Below the pieces are notes generated by a model, which ran no database searches, was not told the origin of the DNA, and worked only from the letters and a program-made list of their open reading frames with translations. A DNA stretch of 63,892 bases, the filler included, from Octopus bimaculoides (lineage: Eukaryota): the NCBI RefSeq assembly GCF_001194135.2. It is 5 parts of 4 records of this genome, joined end to end, with 100 filler letters (N's around TTAATTAATTAA, not from the genome) between each part and the next. Parts side by side here need not be neighbours in the genome. Positions count along the whole stretch, not along the records: positions 36,198 to 51,903 come from NC_068984.1; positions 52,004 to 59,451 come from NC_068998.1; 3 more parts are not named here. One strand, 5' to 3'. Below are positions 40,934 through 52,379 of this stretch, piece after piece. Numbering within the stretch: the stretch's first letter is position 1; each line of letters begins with the position of its first letter. The position numbers and the translations under genes are program-made.

Positions 40934-41933
40934 TAATCTATAAAAACTATTAAACAAAGAAAACAAACAAAGAAGTAAAAGACAAAACAAAACAAAGGAA
41001 CCTAAATAAGAATCTATTGTCCTTACNNNNNNNNNNNNNNNNNNNNNNNNNNNNNNNNNNNNNNNNNNNNNNNNNNNNNNNNNNNNNNNNNNNNNNNNNN
41101 NNNNNNNNNNNNNNNNNNNNNNNNNNNNNNNNNNNNNNNNNNNNNNNNNNNNNNNNNNNNNNNNNNNNNNNNNNNNNNNNNNNNNNNNNNNNNNNNNNNN
41201 NNNNNNNNNNNNNNNNNNNNNNNNNNNNNNNNNNNNNNNNNNNNNNNNNNNNNNNNNNNNNNNNNNNNNNNNNNNNNNNNNNNNNNNNNNNNNNNNNNNN
41301 NNNNNNNNNNNNNNNNNNNNNNNNNNNNNNNNNNNNNNNNNNNNNNNNNNNNNNNNNNNNNNNNNNNNNNNNNNNNNNNNNNNNNNNNNNNNNNNNNNNN
41401 NNNNNNNNNNNNNNNNNNNNNNNNNNNNNNNNNNNNNNNNNNNNNNNNNNNNNNNNNNNNNNNNNNNNNNNNNNNNNNNNNNNNNNNNNNNNNNNNNNNN
41501 NNNNNNNNNNNNNNNNNNNNNNNNNNNNNNNNNNNNNNNNNNNNNNNNNNNNNNNNNNNNNNNNNNNNNNNNNNNNNNNNNNNNNNNNNNNNNNNNNNNN
41601 NNNNNNNNNNNNNNNNNNNNNNNNNNNNNNNNNNNNNNNNNNNNNNNNNNNNNNNNNNNNNNNNNNNNNNNNNNNNNNNNNNNNNNNNNNNNNNNNNNNN
41701 NNNNNNNNNNNNNNNNNNNNNNNNNNNNNNNNNNNNNNNNNNNNNNNNNNNNNNNNNNNNNNNNNNNNNNNNNNNNNNNNNNNNNNNNNNNNNNNNNNNN
41801 NNNNNNNNNNNNNNNNNNNNNNNNNNNNNNNNNNNNNNNNNNNNNNNNNNNNNNNNNNNNNNNNNNNNNNNNNNNNNNNNAGTAAAAGACAAAACAAAAC
41901 AAAGGAACCTAAATAAGAATCTATTGTCCTTAC

Positions 41934-42041
41934 AGAATAACCATAATCTGCTTCATCAGTCGTGTCTTTGTCAGCTGCGGCTGTGACTGGTGCAGCACCA
42001 TCAGCCATGCTGCACACTGCTGATTTATCCTTCTCTTCTGC
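41934..42041 (-). CDS. Dab: Dab internal exon, acidic linker ending in DYGYS
   Basis: Strong acceptor (tttatttttttcag) and donor (gtaagg), 108 nt, phase 0/0. AEEKDKSAVCSMADGAAPVTAAADKDTTDEADYGYS, in frame with both flanking exons. Confidence 0.75.
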
Positions 42042-42119
42042 CTGAAAAAAATAAATATAAACAGCATTTACAAGATTGCTAAATATGGAAGTGGAATGAG
42101 ACACAACATGTAGCTTTTG

Positions 42120-42630
42120 TTTAAACCTTTAGCATTGAAACCGGCCGTATCCAGCCCCAAATATTCTCCCTATTTTATGATCAATCCAGCCACATCCAGC
42201 CCCAAAATTCTCCCTGTTTTATGATCAATCCAGCCAGATCTGGCCTCTCACACCAACCCCACAATGTCATTCTCATAATAAACTATCACGTCATTGAAAT
42301 CTTAATGGTTGCAACAGTGAGTGTGGTTGATGCCAGTGCTGCCTGACTGGCTCCCCATGCTGGTGGCACGTAAAAAGCACAATTCGAGCGTGGTCAATGC
42401 CAGTACTGCCTGACTGGTCCTCGTGCCGGTGGCACATAGAAGGCACCCACTACACTCTCAGAGTGGTTGGCGTTAGGAAGAGCATCCAGCTGTAGAAACA
42501 TTGCCAGATTGGATTGGAGCCTGGTGCAGCCTTCTGCCTTGCCAGTCTACAGTCAAACCATCCAACTCATGCCAGCATGGGAAGCACACGTTAAACGACC
42601 ATAATGATGATGATGGTGATGATGACGATG
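42120..42630 (+). mobile_element. Truncated putative piggyBac-like MITE (42120-42303) followed by an RTE-type 3' UTR copy (42315-42630)
   Basis: ttaaacctttagcatt start with an internal duplicated unit, then the UTR ending aaacgaccataatgatgatgat. Confidence 0.6.
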
Positions 42631-42789
42631 TAATATACAAAATGTACAGAAATTATTTCTCTACTTCAAACATGACGTAATCGTAGGAGTAATATTTCAT
42701 GCTCTATTATTTATCTGCATAAATCAAGATGTATTTTCTCACGTCCTGTTAACAATAAACCTTCACTCAATGGAATGTGATAGCATAAC

Positions 42790-42885
42790 CTTAGTTCGTG
42801 CCTGTTGAGGTGTGTTGCTCATTCGGTCGCGAATCATAATAGAATCACGTAATTCATAGTTTCTCTGCCCTGTAGGAGGTTGAAC
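42790..42885 (-). CDS. Candidate in-frame cassette exon of Dab (VQPPTGQRNYELRDSIMIRDRMSNTPQQARTK)
   Basis: tttatcag| acceptor and aag|gttatg donor, 96 nt, phase 0/0, open frame in unique sequence between two Dab exons. No homology recognised. Confidence 0.35.
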
Positions 42886-43061
42886 CTGATAAACCGTAGC
42901 TGCAAATGATATCAGTATGTGTGTTTGTGTGTGGATGTATGTGCGTAAGTGTGTGAAAGTATGAGTGTGTGTATGCACGCATGAATGTTTATGTGTATAA
43001 ATGTGTGTGTGTATGTACATATATAGATCCACATGTATCTGTATATGTGTATATAAATATG

Positions 43062-43129
<68 letters not shown>

Positions 43130-43430
43130 ACTCTCCAGTCCTTAGATGACATATGAGGGTTCGACAAATTTTTACGGAACAACCACACAGATGATTTGTT
43201 TATAGAGATCGAATGTCTGCGTTCACATAAGATCATTCCCTCCATCAAATTGACCTTACCTGTACAGGTGCAACTGAGTGCCACATGTTAGATGTTGAAA
43301 TGATCGCAGAGCAATGTGAAATGAAATGCTTTGCTCAAGAACACAACGCAATGGTCGGTCTGGGAATCGAACCCACGATCTCGCAATTGTGAGTGTAACA
43401 CCCTAACCACTAAGCCATGCGCCTTCATCT
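43130..43430 (-). mobile_element. SINE family C-related copy
   Basis: Reverse tRNA head gggaatcgaacccacgatc...taaccactaagcc and CORE-like ttgctcaagaacacaac. Confidence 0.7.
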
Positions 43431-43484
43431 ATAACACACATACATACACACACACACACACACACGTGTCTAAGTATGTATGTA

Positions 43485-43522
<38 letters not shown>

Positions 43523-43743
43523 TGTTTGTAAGACTGTTTACATGTATAAATGTGTATCTAGATTAGTGTATGTGTATATGTGTATGCATGGACATGTGTG
43601 TAAATATGTATGTACAAACATGTGAATGTATGAGAATACACATGCCGAGGTGGATGTTTGTACAGTTCAATAAATGTGCATGTGCGTGTGTGTGTGTGTG
43701 TGTGAGTGGAAGAGCATGTGTAAGTGACCGAAGAAATACTGAC

Positions 43744-43833
43744 CTCTTTTTGGGCAGCCTCGTCTCTCTCTTTTTTCTTCATCTCAAAAACTGTCTCAAA
43801 CAAATCCCTTATGGCGATGATAACATGTCCAGC
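43744..43833 (-). CDS. Dab: Disabled (Dab) homolog, internal exon encoding the C-terminal helix of the PTB/PID domain
   Basis: ttgcag|...|gtcagt splice sites, 90 nt, phase 0/0. Translates AGHVIIAIRDLFETVFEMKKKERDEAAQKE. From memory this matches Dab-family 'V.LA.RDLFQVVFE.KKK' (fly/worm) and DAB1 '[22 protein letters not shown]'. Confidence 0.85.
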
Positions 43834-44109
43834 CTGCAATGAATCACGGCAACCAAATTAAGGAATACAGAGGTTAAATATGGTCAATAGGAATCATAGT
43901 GGACTAAATAGGAACCATACAGGTAGATATGAACTACTGAAGTACAGATAAAAATACAACAGGCATAAACTGGTCCGAACTGATCATTAGAGGGTTATAT
44001 TTTAGATCTTTTGCCTCAGAAGAATTCCTATACGAGCTAATGGTGCTAAATAACATCTACAATTGACCAACCATTCGATCAGAATCTATACACTCAACAT
44101 TACACACTG

Positions 44110-44262
44110 TATTTATCCATCCAGTCAACATCTAAACATTGTGGCTTATTTACCAGTCAACATCTAAACATTGTGGCTATTTACCAGTCAACATCTAAAC
44201 ATTGTGGCTATTTACCAGTCAACATCTAAACATTGTGGCTTATTTACCAACCAACATCTAAA
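44110..44262. repeat. 31/32-bp minisatellite (atttaccagtcaacatctaaacattgtggct) running into a gap
   Basis: ccagtc/ccaacc at 44121, 44153, 44184, 44215 and 44247. Degenerate units continue at 44791-44920. Confidence 0.9.
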
Positions 44263-45034
44263 NNNNNNNNNNNNNNNNNNNNNNNNNNNNNNNNNNNNNN
44301 NNNNNNNNNNNNNNNNNNNNNNNNNNNNNNNNNNNNNNNNNNNNNNNNNNNNNNNNNNNNNNNNNNNNNNNNNNNNNNNNNNNNNNNNNNNNNNNNNNNN
44401 NNNNNNNNNNNNNNNNNNNNNNNNNNNNNNNNNNNNNNNNNNNNNNNNNNNNNNNNNNNNNNNNNNNNNNNNNNNNNNNNNNNNNNNNNNNNNNNNNNNN
44501 NNNNNNNNNNNNNNNNNNNNNNNNNNNNNNNNNNNNNNNNNNNNNNNNNNNNNNNNNNNNNNNNNNNNNNNNNNNNNNNNNNNNNNNNNNNNNNNNNNNN
44601 NNNNNNNNNNNNNNNNNNNNNNNNNNNNNNNNNNNNNNNNNNNNNNNNNNNNNNNNNNNNNNNNNNNNNNNNNNNNNNNNNNNNNNNNNNNNNNNNNNNN
44701 NNNNNNNNNNNNNNNNNNNNNNNNNNNNNNNNNNNNNNNNNNNNNNNNNNNNNNNNNNNNNNNNNNNNNNNNNNNNNNNNNNNNNNNNNNCATCCATCAC
44801 TGTCTATCTATCTATTCGGTCAATGTCTACACACTGTCGATCCGTCTATTCAGTCAACACACTATTTTGTCAAGTCAACGCCTACACATTGTATTTGTTT
44901 ATTCAGTCAACATCCACAGTCTGCAAGGTCAATTAGTTGGCACGACTAAATTACATGTTTCATTATAAACAGTAACGCAATTGCTGTTATGACTGCAGGG
45001 ACAGGACATTGACCAGAAAGATGACAGATAGATG

Positions 45035-45088
<54 letters not shown>

Positions 45089-45529
45089 GACAGAGAGAGA
45101 GAGAGAGAGAAGGGAGGATGCTATACAATGATATCAAAAGCAAACTGATCTCGGTCTCAGTGTTGTGTTATATCAAGGCTGTAGAATTAAATGTTTGTAA
45201 CCTGGTACACCATAATACAATGACCAATTAACTGATTAATGTTATCTGTGAAGATAAATCTGAGGTGTCAATTTTACAAAAGATACACTGAAAACATGAT
45301 CTGCCTTTACAAAACAAGCCGCACCACACCTCTACCCGTTGGATGTGTGTAAATACATATATAAAAATCTCTGTGTGTTTGTATTTAACAGGCGTAAACA
45401 GATAAATAGGCCAAGACACAAACATACAAAGTTGCTGAAATCTAATAATTTGTTTCCTTTCTCAACTTGATATAGTTGTAAACATCCAAGGTGCAATTGA
45501 AGGCAAAACCATGGGCAGCCATGGGAATA

Positions 45530-45810
45530 CCATACATAAGTGCCACTGGACTGGCTCCTGTGCAGGTGGCACGTAAAAGACACCATTTCAAGCGTGGCTG
45601 TTGTCAGTACCTCCTGACTGGCCTTCGTGCCGGTGGCACATAAAAGCACCCACTACACTCTTGGAGTGGTTGGTGTTACGAAGGGTATCCAGCTGTAGAA
45701 ACTCTGCCAGATCAGATTGGAGCCTGGTGTAGCCATCTGGTTCGCCAGTCCCCAGTCAAACCATCCAACCCATGCCAGCATGGAAAGCGGACATTAAACG
45801 ACGACAATGA
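45530..45810 (+). mobile_element. RTE-type 3' UTR copy
   Basis: Same UTR, ending aaacgacgacaatga. Confidence 0.75.
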
Positions 45811-46430
45811 AATAAGGTTTGCCTGTAATTTCAGGGTGTCCAATCTTTAGGTACATCTTCCATGCCGCCTATTTTCCTAATCTGTTAGCATTCAGATTAT
45901 TCTGCCAAATCTAATGCTAATTCATTCACACACACACACACACACACATATCTTAATGTACTTCATATTGTTAATTTTCGTTTTTTAAAACCCTAAATTA
46001 AAATTTCCAGTGTTGGTGTTTTTCTTAACAGTTTACAAATGGGAGCTGCCATGGAAGCTTCTATGTGGTTACCCAACCTGCAAGAAATTGCAGTCAAATT
46101 TTCCTTTAAATGTTACCATATCATTTTCAATAACAAAGTCATACAGTAGTAGCGAGTGATTGCTCTTCCTGATCAAGGAAGATGAAATGGTGTAGCCTGG
46201 TTTGAGATTATTGGGGCTTCGTAGGAAATAGGAATGAAATGAGAGATGTTGTAAGATTAAGAACAGCCCCACCCCAGAACCACCCATGGGCGAATGAAAG
46301 AACCGGATATTAAACTTGCATGGAATAGTAACAAGGTGTTCCCAACCAAAACCAGTAGGGGTTGAGGATAGGCATTAATATAAAAAAATTCTAACATTTG
46401 ACAAATTAAATCTAAACACTAAAGGGTTAA

Positions 46431-46468
<38 letters not shown>

Positions 46469-46659
46469 TTTCTTCTATTGGCCATAAGGATCCAAAACAT
46501 GGAGGACAATATCAAAGGACAAGATACAACACACAAAACAGGTGAGGGGGCGGCTTTATATTGATGAAAGGGAGACATTACAACACTAAAGGATCTAACA
46601 AAGTATATATAAATAAAAGAGAAATAAATAATAAATAGAATCCCCCACAGTGGGAGAGT

Positions 46660-46865
46660 CCACTTAGGATAATTCAGGGTAAACCCCATGCAAAAGTCCC
46701 AGATAACTTTTGCCATTCCCAAGGACATGGGAAGTGCCTTCTTCCTGTTTCTTTCCTCCTACTTAAAAAAAGCCATTCTTGAAGTAGATTCATTCTGCCT
46801 TACCAGTCTTGTCACTCTTGTCCACCATTCGATGAACACACTAGAAGGCTGCACCTCCCTCTCTA
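46660..46865 (-). pseudogene. Possible decayed 3' end of a Tx1-like LINE ORF
   Basis: Minus frame REVQPSSVFIEWWTRVTRLVRQN resembles C-termini of Tx1-like elements as I recall them. Weak evidence. Confidence 0.3.
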
Positions 46866-46885
46866 ATAATAATAATAATAACAAC

Positions 46886-46917
<32 letters not shown>

Positions 46918-46918
46918 G

Positions 46919-47390
46919 CACTAGGAATGATAGCAAAAGGGGCTGATTGCTACCTAGCTCAGATAACATCCTAGGAATGGTAGCAAAAAGGACTGATTGC
47001 TACGTAGCTCAGATATTGCCCTAGGAATGGTAGCAAAAAGGACTGATTGCTACGTAGCTCAGATATTGCCCTAGGAATGATAGCAAGAAGGGCTGATTGC
47101 TACCTAGCTCAGATACCTTGAAACCCCAAAATGGCAGAAATTCAAAAGATAGAGCTCATGGGAACTGCTCATATCCTACGCAAAATACTTTCTATGTAAT
47201 CTCAAGTTTTAAAGCAAACTCATAATGTTCTTATGGATTCTTTAACTTTCTTTAGAACAACACTATGTACAAATCCAAATATATGACAACCTAGGCATAA
47301 CACCAGCTTGAACTTCTAACTTGTCTCTTGAGGTCTCTGGGTGAGATTTGGAGCCAACTTGTACAAATGCAAAGCAAAAGTCAAACATAA

Positions 47391-47465
<75 letters not shown>
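46919..47465 (+). mobile_element. 5'-truncated R4/Dong-like LINE with 4 x 50-bp tandem 5' end and (AAT)n tail
   Basis: LGMIARRADCYLAQIP*NPKMAEIQKIELMGTAHILRKILSM* matches the R4/Dong C-terminal 'QK..L.GTA.ILRK.L'. 3' UTR follows, and (AAT)n lies on both flanks. Confidence 0.8.
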
Positions 47466-47470
<5 letters not shown>

Positions 47471-47894
47471 GGAAAAAAAAAAGGAACTGAAAATTATTTG
47501 AGGATGATTCCTGGCTGACCATCCATGCAGGAAGTGCAAAAGATTGTCTTAAGTGGTAACTGGTCACATGTATTGGGAAGAGCATTGTTGAGCTGTGGAT
47601 TTTCCTTCCTTTTTCCCTTTTATTTTCTTTGTTTACATTTTTTTTCTTATTGTTCTTTTTTTCCTTTTCCTCTCTGTCTTTCTTCCCCCTGTTCTCTATC
47701 ACATGACTTTGTAAATGAACATTCTGGTGTGTTTATTTTAATGGCCTACCAATGTATACAGAGAGTTTCTCTGCCCTAGGTGTCAAGAAGACACTCGGCA
47801 AGAAATGGAAATAAAATTGAAAGAAGATAATAATAATAATAATAATAATAATCCTTTCTAGTATAAGCACAAGGCCCATACAAAAGTATAAAAA

Positions 47895-48345
47895 TATTCT
47901 GTTCAATACCACAGATTTGCTTGTCAGTTGTTTGACCTTAACCAGTTGAGCATGTCCCTTGGTGGCTGACGATATGTGCACTTCTGATCATGAGTAGAAG
48001 TAGTGGGGGAGCATCATAGCCATGCGTTGAGAGAAATTCTTTGGGGTTTGAATAATTCACCTCTGGAAACATGGGTGTTTCGTTCATCATCTTTAAACAA
48101 AACTTATTCAGGGTCTTTTTGAGAGGGATGGCCAACTCAACCTGAAGAAAATTCTAACTGGGCCCCACCTGCAAGGTCATGTGTTGTTTATCTTGATATG
48201 AGATCACCATGTTGCACACATATGGTTGTGATGCATGTGGCTGGTGTACCCTTATCAGACAGGTAGTCATGATGGGTATTTTGGGCTTCGTATATTTGTA
48301 CCCCAGTGTCACTTCGATGGTATACACTGCTCTCTCACTCAATAA
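47895..48345. mobile_element. Unclassified interspersed repeat; partial second copy at about 62990-63085
   Basis: aatacca.agatttgcttgtcagttg.ttgaccttaacca.ttgagcatgtccctt occurs at both sites. Confidence 0.6.
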
Positions 48346-48359
48346 TGATAATAAAAATA

Positions 48360-49195
48360 ATCTTTTCTACTATAAGTACAAGGCCTGAAATTTTGGGGGA
48401 GGGGCCGGTCGATTACATCGACCCCAGTGATTCGGTGGTACTTAATTNNNNNNNNNNNNNNNNNNNNNNNNNNNNNNNNNNNNNNNNNNNNNNNNNNNNN
48501 NNNNNNNNNNNNNNNNNNNNNNNNNNNNNNNNNNNNNNNNNNNGGAGAAGAAGAAGAAGAAGAAGAATGGTTTCAAATTTTGGCATAAGGCAAGTAAGTT
48601 CAGGGAAGGGAATGTGCTGATTATATCGACCCCAGAGCATAACTGGTACTTATTTTATCAACCCTGAAAGGATGAAACGATGCTAAGCACTTTGCCTGTG
48701 GTGCTAATGATTCTACCAGCTTGCTGCCTTCCCAACAACAACAACAACAACTTTTTGTAACATAACACAAGATCAGTCAACCACTTTGATGGGAGGTGGC
48801 CAGTGCTTAACTGGTACAACAACAACAATAATAATCATAATAATAATAATAATAATAACAAGAGCACTCAGAGAGCGCAGACTTTCACCAAGGCAACACC
48901 AACGTCCTCTCAATGATTAGCCAGAGATGATTTTTAAAATGAGAATATCTGAAATAAACTCGGCTGCTCTCACAAATGAGAATACTAAAAATGAACCAGA
49001 CTGCTCTCAAAAATTAAGTAAAAAAAACGGAAAAAATAGTCCAAAATCCTTGTCTGGTACCAGATTGATCCCAAAATCTAATCAGTTTGTGCCAGTCACG
49101 AGGCCAAACATCCCTGACAGCTTCATCCGAATCCATCCAGTGGTTCTTGAGATATTTGTCTACGGACAAACAAACATGACTTTGCTAAGGCAGAA

Positions 49196-49232
<37 letters not shown>

Positions 49233-49777
49233 TAATAATAATAATAATCTTTTCTACTATAGGCACAAGGCCTGAAATTTGGTGGGGCAGGGGACGAGTT
49301 GATTACATTAACTCCGCCCAGTGGTACTTATTTTATCAAACCCGAAAGGATGAAAGGTAAAGTCGCCCCGCAAAAGGATGAAAGGCAAAGTCGACCTTGG
49401 CGAAATTTGAACTCAGAACGTAAAGATGGACAAAATACTGCCAAGCATTTTGTCTGTCGTGCTAACAATTCTGCCAGCTCACATCCGTCCCAATAATAAC
49501 AACAACAGCAACAACAACAACAACAACAGCTGGTTGTAATATACCACAAGATCAGTCAACAACTTTGATGGGAGGTGATCAGTGCTTGACTGGTAAAATA
49601 GTAATAATGATAATAATTCATTCTACTAAAGGCACAAGGCCTGAAATTTTGGGGAAGGGGACTATTTGATTACATCGACCCCAGTGTTTCACTGGTACTT
49701 AATTTATCGACCCCTGAAAGGATGAAAAGCAAAACTGACCTTGGCAGAATTTGAAGTCAGAACGTAAAATAATAACG

Positions 49778-49832
<55 letters not shown>

Positions 49833-50090
49833 TAAATAAATAAATAAATAAATAATGATGGTTTCAAATTTTGGCACAAAATCAACAATTTTTTTTAGGG
49901 GGGAGAGGTATGTAAAACATATCAACCTCCCCCAGTATGCAACTGGTACTTAATTTTATCGATCCTGAAAGGATGAAAGGCAAAGTTAACCTCGGCGGAA
50001 TCTGAACTCAGGATGTAAAGAACCGAAAGAAAAACACCAGACATTTTGTTTGATGCACCACCGATTCTGCCAGCTCACAACCTTAAATTA
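48360..50090 (-). mobile_element. Cluster of at least 5 SINE B copies in an (AAT)n/(AAC)n field
   Basis: Repeated reverse cores cgacccc...ctggtactta.ttt.atcga.cc.gaaaggatgaaa at about 48420, 48630, 49330, 49680 and 49950. Confidence 0.85.
48861..49200 (-). mobile_element. Second HINE-like copy (shorter)
   Basis: agagcactcagagagcgc...gatattt gtctacggacaaac...ttgctaaggcagaagtaat is the reverse complement of the ends of 3394-3982. Confidence 0.55.
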
Positions 50091-50252
50091 TATAATAATA
50101 ATAATAATAATATTGATGACGAAGTAATTTCTAATATAGGCAACACAAAGCGACAAATGCTGGGGGGAGGGTATGATTGATGATGTACGGACACCAGTAC
50201 ACAACTGGTACTGAATGGTTAAGAACAAAAGAGAGAAACAGAAGAAACTTAC

Positions 50253-50326
50253 TTAGCAGAAAAAGGATCACCTCTGCTGGATTTGTTTGTTGTGTTGGGG
50301 TTCCGTTGGGGTTCCAGAAGCCTTGT
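50253..50326 (-). other. Candidate 74-nt exon of uncertain affiliation
   Basis: cggcag| acceptor and perfect |gtaagt donor. Frame TRLLEPQRNPNTTNKSSRGDPFSA is open. Length is not a multiple of 3. Confidence 0.25.
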
Positions 50327-50441
50327 CTGCCGAGACAGTCAAGTTATAACAAGAACAACCACGAAAATGTTGTGGACAGACCACTTGTGTGTGTTGTTGA
50401 AACAGAACTAAAGCAGTGTGGTACTGTGGTACTCTGGTACA

Positions 50442-50472
<31 letters not shown>

Positions 50473-50613
50473 ATGTGTGTTTCTAAGCTTGTCTGTCTAT
50501 GTGTATATATGTGTAAATATGAGTGTGTATGTGTGTGTGTGTATTTGGAGGCCTGTCTGTCTATGTGCGTATATGTGTGTAAATATGAGTATCTGTGTGT
50601 GTGTATGTGTGTA

Positions 50614-50672
<59 letters not shown>

Positions 50673-51269
50673 AATGAAAGTTAAGGCTGAACTAAGCATT
50701 ATGGTATTTTCCCCTCACTCTCCCTGCGTCTTTGTGCCTGTCTCAGGGAGTGAGAGAGAGAGAGAGAGACTGAGAGAGAAGAGGAAGCAGAGAAATAATG
50801 AGAGAGAGAAAGAGAAAGGAAGAAAGGGAAAGAGTGTAAGAGAGAAAGGCCGGGAGGGGGGAAAGGGGGAGAAAGTAAAAAAAAACAAAGAAGGAAAAAA
50901 AGAAGAAAATCTAAAGGCCTCAACAAGCTTAACATCCCAAGTTGTCAAGTTGGAATAATAACCATAGACCAATGGAAACCACCAAAATGCTTTCTCCCCA
51001 CCCCACCCCCAACCTACCACTACCATCACCATCACCACTATACTCCACTCCTCCACCACCACCAGCCACGCAACCTCCTCTTGTGACACTCTATACCAGA
51101 ACAGGCCTCAGGGTAACACTTGCCTTTTATTGGTTTAATGGAAATGATGTTGTTGTTGTCATTATAGTTGCTGTGTTTGTTATTGCTATGGTTGTTGTTG
51201 TTGTTGTTGCAGTGGTGCCTGATGCTGTTGTCTTTGATGTTGTTGTTAATATATCATGTATCTTTCGCT

Positions 51270-51615
51270 TGTTTCAGTCATTAGACTGCGGCCATGCTGG
51301 GGCTCAACCTTGAAACCCTTTTAGTTGAATGAATTGACCTCATTAGATATTTTTGTTTTGAAGCTCAGTACTTATTCTATCAGTTCTTTTTCTAAACCGT
51401 TAAGTTACAAGGGATGTAAACACACCAACACCAGTTTTCAAGCAGTGGTGGGGGACAAACACACATGTATATATACATATATATGACTACTGTAGAGGAT
51501 ACTTGCCCCAGGTGCCACATAGTGGAACTGAACCTGAAGCTAGTCCCATTGCATGACACCTTAGGTAAGCAGGCTCTGCAATAGCCCTGGGCTGACCAAG
51601 CCTCACAAATGGATT
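51270..51615 (-). mobile_element. SINE family A
   Basis: cttgtttcagtcattagactgcggccatgctgg ... acttgccccaggtgccac. Confidence 0.75.
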
Positions 51616-52302
51616 TGGAATAGGTTCATTCGAATAGCCATTAATCATGAACATATAACACTCTTCTTTCGGGTATATATAAAATGTACATTAGGACGGA
51701 CAGTCAGCAAAAACCAACACATAACTTGGAACATCTCAAAGATACAAGTTTGGTAATTAAACAACAAAAGTGGAGTTGATTAGACATTTGTGAGAAATAA
51801 CTTCACAGAAACTCCAATAGCAAACAGAGCTGGTCAAATCCCATGCATCTGGGACAGGAGCGTAGGTGAACTGCTAGTGTATATATATATATATATATAT
51901 ATANNNNNNNNNNNNNNNNNNNNNNNNNNNNNNNNNNNNNNNNNNNNTTAATTAATTAANNNNNNNNNNNNNNNNNNNNNNNNNNNNNNNNNNNNNNNNN
52001 NNNTATATATATATATATATGTATATATACATGTATGTATATTTACATTCATTTATGTGCATGTCTTTATGTACATTCATCTAACATGTAATTATTTAAT
52101 GCTTAGCAATCACTAATCATAATTACATAAAGATTCCGTATGTAACGTAATATTATTTCATTGCCATTCCCAACCCTGGCCATTCTCCGAATATTCACTT
52201 TGATTAAGCAGAAATGTATTCTTAAATCTTAAATTATGCTAATCATTGGCTATCATCTTGATGCGATTCTTCTGTAAAGGAATTGTGCAACGAAGACTAT
52301 TG

Positions 52303-52304
<2 letters not shown>

Positions 52305-52379
<75 letters not shown>

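Noticed and set aside
46069-46287. VTFKGK resembling the PTB start (GV.FK.KLIG)
   Set aside because: Flanking residues do not match and a stop follows within 12 codons.
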